Part shown: positions 20,233 to 29,193 of the stretch, piece after piece
Layout of the letters: each line of letters begins with the position of its first letter
How positions within the stretch are numbered: the stretch's first letter is position 1
Virus record (IMG/VR): IMGVR_UViG_3300034071_002576
Coordinates: 1-64,000 of that record
DNA length: 64,000 nucleotides
Source of the DNA: a virus
Direction: 5' to 3' (one strand)
The notes under the pieces: generated by a model
The model's database searches: none
The model's input: the letters and a program-made list of their open reading frames with translations, nothing else
What the model was told of the DNA's origin: nothing
Program-made: the position numbers and the translations under genes

Positions 20233-20729
20233 TGGCGATTGTTCCAGGAACTGGTACAGGCAAGCAGCCCGAGGCCATGCCTCAGATGCAGTTTCCGCCT
20301 GGCTTACTTGGCTACAACCGAGAACCTGACCTGAGTATTCGCCGGGTCACGACGTTGGATACTCCGACCCGTGTGGCAGCTCAGCTTGAGCACGATCGGG
20401 GTGTGTATGTTCGTCCGCCTGTGCAAGCCGTTGAGTATGCGCCAGGCAACATAAAGACCAGTCATTATCCGATGGGCGTAGCTGGGTACAACCCGCGTGT
20501 CGTCGCAGCTCCTGACAGTGCTGACGATATGAGCCAGGCACAGTACATGATGTCTATGGCTCAAAACAAGCCCGAAGAGCGGTTGCGGATGCAGCAGGAA
20601 CTTCTGCTAATGGCCAAGCAGAATTTTCTTAATACGCGTGCTATTTCTACTGATTACGCTCTTAATACACACAATACCGTAAATAATCTTATGTCTTTAG
20701 CTAAGTCTAAAAAGCAAGGTAACGCCTGA
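20232..20729 (+). CDS. hypothetical protein
   Basis: TAATG coupling. Confidence 0.6.
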   Translation: MAIVPGTGTGKQPEAMPQMQFPPGLLGYNREPDLSIRRVTTLDTPTRVAAQLEHDRGVYVRPPVQAVEYAPGNIKTSHYPMGVAGYNPRVVAAPDSADDMSQAQYMMSMAQNKPEERLRMQQELLLMAKQNFLNTRAISTDYALNTHNTVNNLMSLAKSKKQGNA

Positions 20730-20863
20730 TGTATCACACGAACGACTTTCCGATTAGGATGGCCGGGCAGCGCCTGAACCTCGACGCTGTGCGCTTAGCG
20801 GGAACCACTCCTTCTGAGATCACACGTCGGCTTAGGTATCAGGAAGCTTTTCCTAAATCCTGA
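20729..20863 (+). CDS. small hypothetical protein (not in ORF track)
   Basis: TGATG coupling; 44 aa MYHTNDFPIRMAGQ... Confidence 0.45.
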   Translation: MYHTNDFPIRMAGQRLNLDAVRLAGTTPSEITRRLRYQEAFPKS

Positions 20864-20872
20864 TCACTCCTC

Positions 20873-21595
20873 GTGGATTCAAAATTCAGGGTGGATGTGC
20901 TGAACCAAACAGTGCATCCGCAAACTCTCGTTTGGTTCGCCCTTCATCAAGACTATTCGGAAACTTACGTTTTTACAGAAGATCCGCCGACTGAATCCAG
21001 AGCCGGTGAAGTTATTACTAAGCGGTTGCTCTCCGGTGAACGCGGGCACTACGGTCCGTTAGAGCACCCTTCCATCACATTTAGTTGCGGGTTTTTTCCT
21101 CACTCTGTGATGCAGCAGGCGCGCACACACCGCGTGGCCGTATCCTTCGACGTCCAATCGATGCGCTACACCGGCAATCGAATTTGCCAGGTCGCGGATG
21201 GTCTGCTGGACTTGGAGGATGTTTTCTATCTACGCCCCGTAGGCACCTACTCCGATCGTCAAGGTAAAAAATATACCTATACAGAGGAGCACCGCAGTGA
21301 AGATTTGATCCTTTGTAAAGCTGCCGCTCAGCGGTACTGCCATATGGTTCGGTACCTAGGACTCGCCGAGGAACACGCGCGAGGTATCCTGCCGTTCGAT
21401 TTTCGGCAGCACTTTGTCGTGACGTTCAGCATGCGGTCGTTCCTGCATTTCATGGACCTACGCAGCAAACTCGATGCTCAGGAGGAGATCCGCAATCTGT
21501 GCGACCTGATGTGGCCCCATTTCTCCGCGTGGGCACCCGAGATCGCTGCTTGGTATGAGAAGTCTCGCCTGCACAAAGCGCGTTTAGCTCCCTAA
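20873..21595 (+). CDS. thyX: flavin-dependent thymidylate synthase
   Basis: GHYGPLEH, THR..SFDVQSMRY, ARGILP, AQEEIR. Confidence 0.95.
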   Translation: MDSKFRVDVLNQTVHPQTLVWFALHQDYSETYVFTEDPPTESRAGEVITKRLLSGERGHYGPLEHPSITFSCGFFPHSVMQQARTHRVAVSFDVQSMRYTGNRICQVADGLLDLEDVFYLRPVGTYSDRQGKKYTYTEEHRSEDLILCKAAAQRYCHMVRYLGLAEEHARGILPFDFRQHFVVTFSMRSFLHFMDLRSKLDAQEEIRNLCDLMWPHFSAWAPEIAAWYEKSRLHKARLAP

Positions 21596-21649
21596 AGCGA
21601 AAGCCGGGGTTCATGGCCCCAGCTTACTTCGCCTTCGCGCGTTCTTTAA

Positions 21650-22243
21650 TTATAACAGTTTCGTCCAGGGATCTACCGATTCTTGGACGTTTTCTTTTTT
21701 AGGTATTGTCGGTGTCTGCGGTTTAGGCATTGCCGGCATCTGCATGAGGATGCTTTGCATGGTTGCTACCTGCTGTTTGAGAGTCGTATTTTCAGCAACT
21801 AACGCCTCCGCTTGATTGCGTGCCCACGCTGTGGCGTTTGCCGTGAGCTGATCGAGTACATTTTCTGGATGCGGGAACTTGTAGAAAGTCCCCCCTTCCG
21901 TAAGCACCTTCTGCCCGCCTTGGTTTTCGGCCAGCGATTCCAGAAAAGTCTCGATTCGCTCTAGGTCTACGCCTGTTTCAAATGCGAGCTCTTGGGGGAC
22001 AAGCATCCCCATGTTTTTCGCGTAGAGCGCTGTAAATTTTTGAGCTACTCGTAAGCTCTCTGCTCGATCTTCTTTTTCTTTTCGTGTTAGTTCGCTTGCT
22101 GACGCAGCTCCGGCCAACAATCCACCAGCGGCCGCAACCGCCGTGGATAGATGGGCAGGCTGAACCAGGGCGACGGTAAAGGTCAGTACACCGCCGAACA
22201 GCAAGGTTGCGCCGTTAAGCAGACTCGACTGGGAGTTGATCAT
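21650..22243 (-). CDS. two-TM membrane protein with winged-helix-like and coiled-coil regions
   Basis: two hydrophobic helices; start uncertain. Confidence 0.55.
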   Translation of the reverse strand: MINSQSSLLNGATLLFGGVLTFTVALVQPAHLSTAVAAAGGLLAGAASASELTRKEKEDRAESLRVAQKFTALYAKNMGMLVPQELAFETGVDLERIETFLESLAENQGGQKVLTEGGTFYKFPHPENVLDQLTANATAWARNQAEALVAENTTLKQQVATMQSILMQMPAMPKPQTPTIPKKENVQESVDPWTKLL

Positions 22244-24983
22244 GCGCTTCAAAAGCCGGTTTCCAGAGAACACTGTCAGGGTTAGAAGCCCACTCGACCG
22301 GAGACGGTAGGCGGTTTGAACCGGCCGCCGCTCGGTCAGTCGAGGGGTCGTACGGCTTCAATCGTAGTCCGGTGAACACGGCTTTGCCATTCACGAATTT
22401 AGGTCCAACACCTTCAACTTTGAGCACGTTCCTAATAGTTTCCTTGAGTCGATCGACGAAGCGAGGTTTAGCTGAATGCTTGTATCCGTTTGACTTACAG
22501 AAATTGACATAGCTCGCATACAGTTCTGCGTATGCGTTTTTGACGAACATACCTTTTTCCGCTTCGTCGGTGTTCGGCCTGAAAGCACCAGCCCCGATCA
22601 ACGCGTTGCTATTAGGTGCATACATCGTGCACTCCGCCAGCCACGCTACGTAGGGATTGTTAAAGATCAATGCTTCTAGGTTGGTCGCGTTGAGTGAGGG
22701 CACGTGCTTAACGGGGTTGGCTAGCACGTCCCGCATTTCGTCGAAGGGCATGTCGAGAGCCCAAGAGACCACGCCGCTAAGCTCAGGAACTAGGTCGCCT
22801 TCCAGTCGATCCGCGTAAATGTTCAGCAGATCTCGCCGTTGGGAGGGCGGCACTACTTTGTCCATGATGATCGTCAGTCGACGACGCTCCAGACCACTGC
22901 TGATGTCTGAGGAACTGATGTGCTCGTTAGAAGCGATACATACTAATACCTCGGGTTTAAAGTTTATTACTTCTTTGCCATACTTACGCTCTGCTCGTAA
23001 AGTATCTGATGCGGATGTAATCTTTTTAAGAACGTCTAAGCGCTTGTTGAAGTTAGCTTCGTCTGTAAGCAGCAGAAGCTTCTTACCAATCAGGTTATAG
23101 CATTCAAACTTGTTGGTTTCGATTGTTTCCAGGTTGCTGGTGTGCGTGCCGGAGAACCCAGCCAGCGCGATCAGGAGCTGCTGCATTGTCGATTTGCCGG
23201 TTCCGCCCGGACCCACTAGATGCAGAAAACGCTCGCCCGTCGTGTAGCCGGTCAGAAGCGCACGGCAGAATGCCCGGATGATGATTTTCTTGTCCTGCCC
23301 AATGCAGGAATCCAGCCACGCGTGGAAATTCGGGCACTGGGCAGCTTTGTCATACGGGAATGCAAGCTTGCTGCGAAGGTAGAGTTCCTTCTGGCAACCT
23401 TCTTGGAACCCCATCGAATCCCCGTTTAGCACACCGTTTTTAAACGGGATCTTGCCTTTGCTGCTGCTCCAGATGGATACCCGACCGCCGTTAACGGACT
23501 TAAGTAGTTTGCCCTTCAGAATCTGGAAAACTGAGCTAACGGTTGATGCGCTGTAACGCGGCATCACGCCCGCGGTTACGAAAGTATCCAGTGTTTTTAT
23601 AATTCTTCTTTTGATGTGCTGTTCGTCCTGTACGTACCAGATACCCTCATCTAAGTCGTACGTGAAGAACTCGTCCAGAGATGAGTCAAATAGAAATTCA
23701 TTACCGTAGTTATTTACGATGATGTCTGCGACATCGTTCTCGGAAAACTGACGGTTTCCTTGCTGCAGCTGCACCAGCTGAGCCGGAGTTGACGGCGTGG
23801 AAGCCATGGGATCTGGGGGTGTTGATGTTGGTGTTGATGTTGCTGTCGGCTTCGCATCCATCTCTCGAACGAGATCGTCGAAAGTCAGGACGGAGTTGGT
23901 CGGCTTGGGCTTCTTTGATGCAATTTCTGTACGTACTTTTTCCGTACAGGTGGTCTCAAAGATTTCTCGATATGTGCTCTTGAGTCTTTTCCATGCAGCT
24001 AGAGACCCGTCCTCTGATGCCATGACCACGGCCGGCTGCAGAGCGTCTGGATCTGTGATGCTGTTCAGGATCCGATTAAATTTGCCATCCAGCACAGGGT
24101 CGTATTCGTAGATATTCTCGAACACCCGGTGTGCGATTGTCAAGGGGGGTTCGCGTGTTGCAATCCCCTGAGCGTTCAGCCAGTTGCTCCAGCCGATGAT
24201 CTCCTTTAGGGCTATCGCCAAGGCGAAGGAGCGATCCTCCACCTCCTCGCCGTCCAGCATCGACCTGACTGTTCCGCTAACTAAGCGCTCTAGGGCGACC
24301 CCTTCTGAAGACTGCTGAGTGTGCAGGTGCTGCTCCGCGTCTCTCGCGGTCTCTTCCGGCGGAGGAAGCGTGGCGTAGACCGCATAAGCTTCGTCGATTT
24401 TTGAAGCTGGTATGAATCTATCTGTGACTACCAGTAAGCTAGAAGTTCCCTTTCCACCGTAAAATAAATTGACGGCTTGGGTAGCACGTCGATCTGATCC
24501 TGGTATTTGCTGCGCAATATGCCTGGTGAACCACTGGTAGAAGCCAGCATCAATAATTGGCTTCTCTAAACCAAACACCAGTCGGAATCTGGGCCACGTC
24601 TCTGTGTGAGACGGAGATAAATAAGCAAGACTCAGATATTTGTTACATATATCCAGCTCTAGTGCTTGAGCTACGTCCAGTTCTTGTTTTTGTATCTTGT
24701 TGCCGTCTTTATCTTTCCCGTCTGCTTGGTTGTCAATGTCGATGATTATGACACCGGCTTTGATTGCGCCCGTGTTTCCTTCACGTCTTCGTCCATCGAC
24801 CAGATGCCAGGCACATAAACCAGCCTGCTGCGTGGTGACAGCGTCGGCTAGAGCCGCAATGTCCTTCTCTTGGGGAAGCCAATTGTTGTTGAAAGCGGCA
24901 AAGTTCCCTCCTGCCGCAATCTTACCCGTCGCAGGGTTGACGTACTCAGAGACTGCGTAGTTGATCGAGAAGAAAAAGTCCAT
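22215..24983 (-). CDS. primase-helicase (AEP-like N-terminus + D5/P4-type SF3 helicase)
   Basis: IIDID, SPSH..RFR; IPFKNG, GPGGTGKS, LTDE, ASN, RR. Confidence 0.9.
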   Translation of the reverse strand: MDFFFSINYAVSEYVNPATGKIAAGGNFAAFNNNWLPQEKDIAALADAVTTQQAGLCAWHLVDGRRREGNTGAIKAGVIIIDIDNQADGKDKDGNKIQKQELDVAQALELDICNKYLSLAYLSPSHTETWPRFRLVFGLEKPIIDAGFYQWFTRHIAQQIPGSDRRATQAVNLFYGGKGTSSLLVVTDRFIPASKIDEAYAVYATLPPPEETARDAEQHLHTQQSSEGVALERLVSGTVRSMLDGEEVEDRSFALAIALKEIIGWSNWLNAQGIATREPPLTIAHRVFENIYEYDPVLDGKFNRILNSITDPDALQPAVVMASEDGSLAAWKRLKSTYREIFETTCTEKVRTEIASKKPKPTNSVLTFDDLVREMDAKPTATSTPTSTPPDPMASTPSTPAQLVQLQQGNRQFSENDVADIIVNNYGNEFLFDSSLDEFFTYDLDEGIWYVQDEQHIKRRIIKTLDTFVTAGVMPRYSASTVSSVFQILKGKLLKSVNGGRVSIWSSSKGKIPFKNGVLNGDSMGFQEGCQKELYLRSKLAFPYDKAAQCPNFHAWLDSCIGQDKKIIIRAFCRALLTGYTTGERFLHLVGPGGTGKSTMQQLLIALAGFSGTHTSNLETIETNKFECYNLIGKKLLLLTDEANFNKRLDVLKKITSASDTLRAERKYGKEVINFKPEVLVCIASNEHISSSDISSGLERRRLTIIMDKVVPPSQRRDLLNIYADRLEGDLVPELSGVVSWALDMPFDEMRDVLANPVKHVPSLNATNLEALIFNNPYVAWLAECTMYAPNSNALIGAGAFRPNTDEAEKGMFVKNAYAELYASYVNFCKSNGYKHSAKPRFVDRLKETIRNVLKVEGVGPKFVNGKAVFTGLRLKPYDPSTDRAAAGSNRLPSPVEWASNPDSVLWKPAFEAHDQLPVESA

Positions 24984-25056
24984 GGTCTCCTGACGTCAGG
25001 TCATTCTGCCATGAAACCCCTTGCGGCGCAGTGGAAGGCGCCCTTAAGAAGGTGTT

Positions 25057-25833
25057 TCACTTGTTGACAGATTCATAAAATTGCCGCAGGACCTGCAGCC
25101 ATTGTTCGATATGTTTTTCGACTTGAGCCCTGCTGAAAGTGAAAACTTGAACAGGATATTCCGGTAATGGCGTCGACACGATTATCTGAGTTTTGTCTAC
25201 TTTTAGGTCCAGACAAGTTTCAGCTGCCAGTGTGTATGCAGCTAATTGTAGTTGTGTTTTCTTTAACTTAAACACTCCGCTTGTTAAGGCTTTTTTGACA
25301 TTATCTGGAAGGTTATCTTTAGCTTTTGGGAAGTTAGCTGAATAAGGACCTACTGAAGTTTTAAAGTCTCCCAGTATTATTTCTCCGTTTACATCCCTGT
25401 AGATAATGTCGCAACAACCGGCATATCCGTGCCCCGTACTCTCGTTGTAATAATGGATTCTGCCTACACCGTCCTCTCCGACGTACCGAGACCATTGCGG
25501 CTGGTTGTACGGTTTTTCGCTCCAGAGGACAGTTCCTTCGTTCAGCAGATCGTCCAGTTTTTCTGGCATACCCTTCCAGTATGCGAGAACGTCATCTCCA
25601 GGGTGGACGGCAAGCCCCCTGATGTAATTCTCTACCGCGTTGTGAATAAATGAACCTCTTGCAGCTGCGTTTTCTAGCGCACCAGGATTCATTAGATTCC
25701 AGTGCGCTAGTTTTTTCCGCGTTTCCTCGGTTTGCGTGGCCGAGAGGACACTCGTAACAGATGGAAGAGGTTTGGGTACTCCTGCGCAGTTGTAGTGCCG
25801 TAAACCGTTTAGAGTAACTCGTGTTTGGGACAC
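25057..25833 (-). CDS. PD-(D/E)XK exonuclease
   Basis: LPSVTSVL, RGSFIH, YAGCCD...DFKTS, QLAAY. Confidence 0.85.
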   Translation of the reverse strand: MSQTRVTLNGLRHYNCAGVPKPLPSVTSVLSATQTEETRKKLAHWNLMNPGALENAAARGSFIHNAVENYIRGLAVHPGDDVLAYWKGMPEKLDDLLNEGTVLWSEKPYNQPQWSRYVGEDGVGRIHYYNESTGHGYAGCCDIIYRDVNGEIILGDFKTSVGPYSANFPKAKDNLPDNVKKALTSGVFKLKKTQLQLAAYTLAAETCLDLKVDKTQIIVSTPLPEYPVQVFTFSRAQVEKHIEQWLQVLRQFYESVNK

Positions 25834-25871
25834 ACTTTCGTGTCGATTAACCTTTAGTTTACTATTTGAAG

Positions 25872-26237
25872 TCAGAACGACATCTGAAATGGTCGAGAGT
25901 CTGTATCTTCATCATCGTCGTCATCTTCTTCGTCGTTTCCCACACTGTCTTCATCTTCGTCGGAATCCAAAAAGAATTCAGATTTTTGGTAGTCGAAGTC
26001 GCGGTTGTGGCTGCTCAGCTCTTCGGCGAGGCAAAGACCTGCGCAATAAGAGTCGGTAATAATCTCCGCGCACTCAGCGGCAGATCTAGCGGTTCCCTCC
26101 GGTGAGACACACTCCTGGAGAAGTTGGTCGGACACCAGTAGGGCTGTGACTTTTTCGAGAAGTGTATTTGTTTTTGTGAGTTGATCCAGAACATCGCGTT
26201 GGAACTTGTCAAATTTTTGCCGCCGAGTCATTGTCAT
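25872..26237 (-). CDS. hypothetical protein with acidic C-terminal tail
   Basis: probable start MTMTRRQ; D/E-rich tail ending in F. Confidence 0.6.
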   Translation of the reverse strand: MTMTRRQKFDKFQRDVLDQLTKTNTLLEKVTALLVSDQLLQECVSPEGTARSAAECAEIITDSYCAGLCLAEELSSHNRDFDYQKSEFFLDSDEDEDSVGNDEEDDDDDEDTDSRPFQMSF

Positions 26238-26776
26238 GTTAAAGAAGGCAGAGGGTCTACACGATCCCAGTCCAGACCAAAGGTTATCTGAGTTCCGTCG
26301 TGCCACTGCTCGGGGCGTTGGAAGACAAACCAGCAGCTGGTGACGGAATCCCGCGTGGAACCAATGGCGCGAAATTTGGGACGCGGATTAAGGACAATCA
26401 TATTGCTGATCTTGTTTGCTAACAGAAAGCTTTTACGTTTGGCTACTGGTTCTATGAACGACAGTCGGTCTAGTACAGCTATGCCTTGTGTTGCAATTTG
26501 GATGCCGTATTCAAGTATATACTCTGTGTAGTCTCCTAAGCCTGTTGTTGCTGCTATGACCCAATCAAACTTTTTCTCTTTCTGACCGACCCACCAGACG
26601 GGATCCATTAAGTTTGTTTCATCCTTGTTTTCAACGACGTTAAAGTTATGACGTCGCAGTTGGTCACTCAGTATCGACAACGGATCAAATGGGACTAAGA
26701 CTGAGCCTGTGATAAAACTGTGTTTTATGAGAGCGTGGGTGACCCCGTTTGGGAGTTGATAAAAAGAATCTGCCAT
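26234..26776 (-). CDS. degenerate DNA methyltransferase-fold protein
   Basis: FY..P..T.AL, DWVI, RLSFIEP, PRPKF, DSVTSCWFV resemble small phage MTases, but motifs I and IV are lost. Confidence 0.6.
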   Translation of the reverse strand: MADSFYQLPNGVTHALIKHSFITGSVLVPFDPLSILSDQLRRHNFNVVENKDETNLMDPVWWVGQKEKKFDWVIAATTGLGDYTEYILEYGIQIATQGIAVLDRLSFIEPVAKRKSFLLANKISNMIVLNPRPKFRAIGSTRDSVTSCWFVFQRPEQWHDGTQITFGLDWDRVDPLPSLT

Positions 26777-26868
26777 TGGTCGGGTTGTAGGACTGTCAGA
26801 GTTTAACCAAAATTTCCGGTCTACCCGGTAAATGCTGCCTATTATGACGTCAGTGCATTCTGTAGATT

Positions 26869-27117
26869 ATGTTAAATCTGGAATGGCTGAACACGGAACA
26901 AGAGTTTTTACATAAGCGAGTTTGCGGAGATTTTGCTAAGCTCGACCGAGAACAAATGAAAGATGTTTTTGAATCGGTGCATAAACAGTATTTAATCAGG
27001 AACAGCTTGTTTTCTCGTTTGGCCTCTTGGTGCGCCCGCAACGGAGTGGTCTTGCCTGCCTTTGAGGAGTTGCTTTCCCCGAAAGAAGTTCAGCATCCGA
27101 CTCCCTTGGAGGAATAA
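26869..27117 (+). CDS. nblA: NblA-like phycobilisome degradation protein (second copy)
   Basis: LNTEQEF...LDREQM...KQYLIRNSLF fits the NblA consensus; lone + gene with its own terminator. Confidence 0.65.
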   Translation: MLNLEWLNTEQEFLHKRVCGDFAKLDREQMKDVFESVHKQYLIRNSLFSRLASWCARNGVVLPAFEELLSPKEVQHPTPLEE

Positions 27118-27119
27118 AA

Positions 27120-27141
27120 AAAGCGGTCGTGAGACCGCTTT
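27120..27141. terminator. bidirectional intrinsic terminator
   Basis: AAAGCGGTC-GTGA-GACCGCTTT between convergent genes. Confidence 0.8.
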
Positions 27142-27167
27142 GTACCTTGGCTTTCCTTAACGTTAGC

Positions 27168-27983
27168 TCAAAAGTCGATACCTAGAGCTTTTGCTTGTTC
27201 CGCCGTAAGTTCGATTGGTTTTTTCGCCTTCGCACTAGGTGGTTCGTTCTCGACTTTTTCGTCCGCTTCCGCAGACTTCAGAGCCTTTGCTGGCCCTGCG
27301 CTAGCGAATGAACGTTCCGGGGGCGCGCCTCGCTCGGCAGCAAATCGAGCTTTGATTTCAGTATGATCTGCACCCAAGGGCAATTCGACCAAATCTGAGC
27401 CGGGGATGTGGGACTTGAGTGCCGACGCACACAGAGTGCCTCCCTTGTCGACAAGCCAACTGTTAACGTCTTCAATCAATTTGATTTCCTCCTCGTTCGC
27501 CGGCGGTCTGTCGGAGAATTCGAGAGCATTAAAATTGATCTTCGCGCCATCGGCGCCGGTCATTGGATCCCGCTCATTAAAGCTGCGAGTCACGAATTTC
27601 GTCGTGGTGATCACCGACGCGCAGTTGATTCGATTGTTGTAGAGCGTCTGGAAGTAACTGATGAAGTTCTTCTGAGAAGACTTGCCTGAAATCATCGAAG
27701 TCGTTACGCAACGCGGAGGCAACAACCTGTGATTTGGGCTGACTCCGATGTAAGCAATGCGCAGAAATTCTTCTTGGTTGCGCATACCTAGGTTGCCGAA
27801 GTAAGGAGTAAATCCCACCAGGACAAACTCAATAGGGATTCCGTTGTCGTTCCTATCGACAATCGCAGAGTCTGGGTCGACATCAGATTTCCAACGTCGA
27901 GCCTGTAGATCTATTCGAAGTGTGTGCGGCGGTACATTACACAGAATTTCGTCTTGGGAGAATTGACCAGCAATGAAAACCAT
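27168..27983 (-). CDS. hypothetical replication/recombination-module protein
   Basis: 271 aa next to SSB; C-terminal IDF tail like that of the SSB. Confidence 0.6.
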   Translation of the reverse strand: MVFIAGQFSQDEILCNVPPHTLRIDLQARRWKSDVDPDSAIVDRNDNGIPIEFVLVGFTPYFGNLGMRNQEEFLRIAYIGVSPNHRLLPPRCVTTSMISGKSSQKNFISYFQTLYNNRINCASVITTTKFVTRSFNERDPMTGADGAKINFNALEFSDRPPANEEEIKLIEDVNSWLVDKGGTLCASALKSHIPGSDLVELPLGADHTEIKARFAAERGAPPERSFASAGPAKALKSAEADEKVENEPPSAKAKKPIELTAEQAKALGIDF

Positions 27984-27996
27984 GGTTAGTACTTAA

Positions 27997-28641
27997 TCAG
28001 AGGGAGAAGTCAATAGAACCGATAGCAGCAGCAGCTACTTTACCTTTTTCAGGGTCGACAGCTTTCTTTGGAGCTTGTTTAGAGGACTTGGGGAGGTAGA
28101 GGATCTTATCTACAGTGTAATTGAGATAATTCCTATCATCCTTTTCACTTGTTGAGACCTTGCCTACTGCGATAGTAGGTGTGCCCGGTGCGAGTTCAGA
28201 AAGCTGTTTAGACAGTTCACCCCAGGCTGTCATCTTGAACCAAGCTGTTTCGTTTTCTTCCGTTTGCCATGCAAGTGAACGATTAGTTACCGTCGTATCT
28301 GAAAGTTCTACTTCATCGGCTTTAGGGCCAAGACCGCCCGTCGCCATGAAAACGTTGATGGCGAGGAGATCTTCGAAGTTATCTTCTGTCACAATCAACA
28401 TGGGTTGCATTTTCAACACACCATCAATTGTTGGTTTAGTAGGTCCGAGTGCGAGAACGGTTTGTCCTACTTCGAGTTTTTTAAGTAGTTTTCCTACATA
28501 GTGACTCGCTTGTTGGAGGAGTTGAAATTTTGTTTCGACTCTTTTGTCATTTGACGGAAGGGATTCGGCTAGAACATTTACGATGCCGTCGTTATCATCC
28601 GCCGCGGCGGTGATTTTCAGGCCCATTAGAAACAGATTCAT
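27997..28641 (-). CDS. ssb: single-stranded DNA-binding protein (possibly tandem OB fold)
   Basis: ETAWFKMTAWGELS..L..L.PG....VGK typical of SSB. Confidence 0.7.
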   Translation of the reverse strand: MNLFLMGLKITAAADDNDGIVNVLAESLPSNDKRVETKFQLLQQASHYVGKLLKKLEVGQTVLALGPTKPTIDGVLKMQPMLIVTEDNFEDLLAINVFMATGGLGPKADEVELSDTTVTNRSLAWQTEENETAWFKMTAWGELSKQLSELAPGTPTIAVGKVSTSEKDDRNYLNYTVDKILYLPKSSKQAPKKAVDPEKGKVAAAAIGSIDFSL

Positions 28642-29191
28642 TGCTTAGCTGTCTGTAGATGGTTGATCGGTGGACTTTGAGAGCCGCGGCGATCTGGGTG
28701 ACCCCGACGCCTTGGCCCCGGTAGGCTACTACCAATTTTCTGTCACCGCATGAGATTTTCTCGTTTTTGCCCTGAACGTACGTAAAGTGATACGGATTTA
28801 CACATTGTTTGCAGAAACACTTCGGTTTTGCTGTGACACCGTCTTTGGGTATATCTAAGTATTTGAGAATTATTGTTCGGATGTACTGTCTGGAACCCAG
28901 TACGTAGGTGCACGGAACCCCATTTGTAAATTTTCCTCCCCACTTGCAACATTCACCGTGGGTGAAATTGTTTTCAGCTAAGTCTTTGAAAAGCTGCGCC
29001 AACAGATTTTGTTCGCAGCTTCCATAGCTGAGATTGTACCTCTCTGCTCCTAGAGCTTTCGATATATCGCCCGCCTGTGCCTGCGCGTGTCCGCTGTCTT
29101 TTGCTGTTATCTGTAGCTCTAATTTTTTGTCTTCTTTTACCAGGGACAGTATGTAATTATCTTTAAAGACCATAAGGCGAGTTTTTAGCAA
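28595..29191 (-). CDS. His-Me zinc loop + HTH protein
   Basis: CFCKQCVNPYH then GVTQIAAALKVHRSTIYR. Confidence 0.65.
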   Translation of the reverse strand: MLKTRLMVFKDNYILSLVKEDKKLELQITAKDSGHAQAQAGDISKALGAERYNLSYGSCEQNLLAQLFKDLAENNFTHGECCKWGGKFTNGVPCTYVLGSRQYIRTIILKYLDIPKDGVTAKPKCFCKQCVNPYHFTYVQGKNEKISCGDRKLVVAYRGQGVGVTQIAAALKVHRSTIYRQLSNESVSNGPENHRRGG

Positions 29192-29193
29192 GC

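Noticed and set aside
25057-25833. Cas4
   Set aside because: Lacks the four-Cys Fe-S pattern; an ordinary phage exonuclease in a replication context
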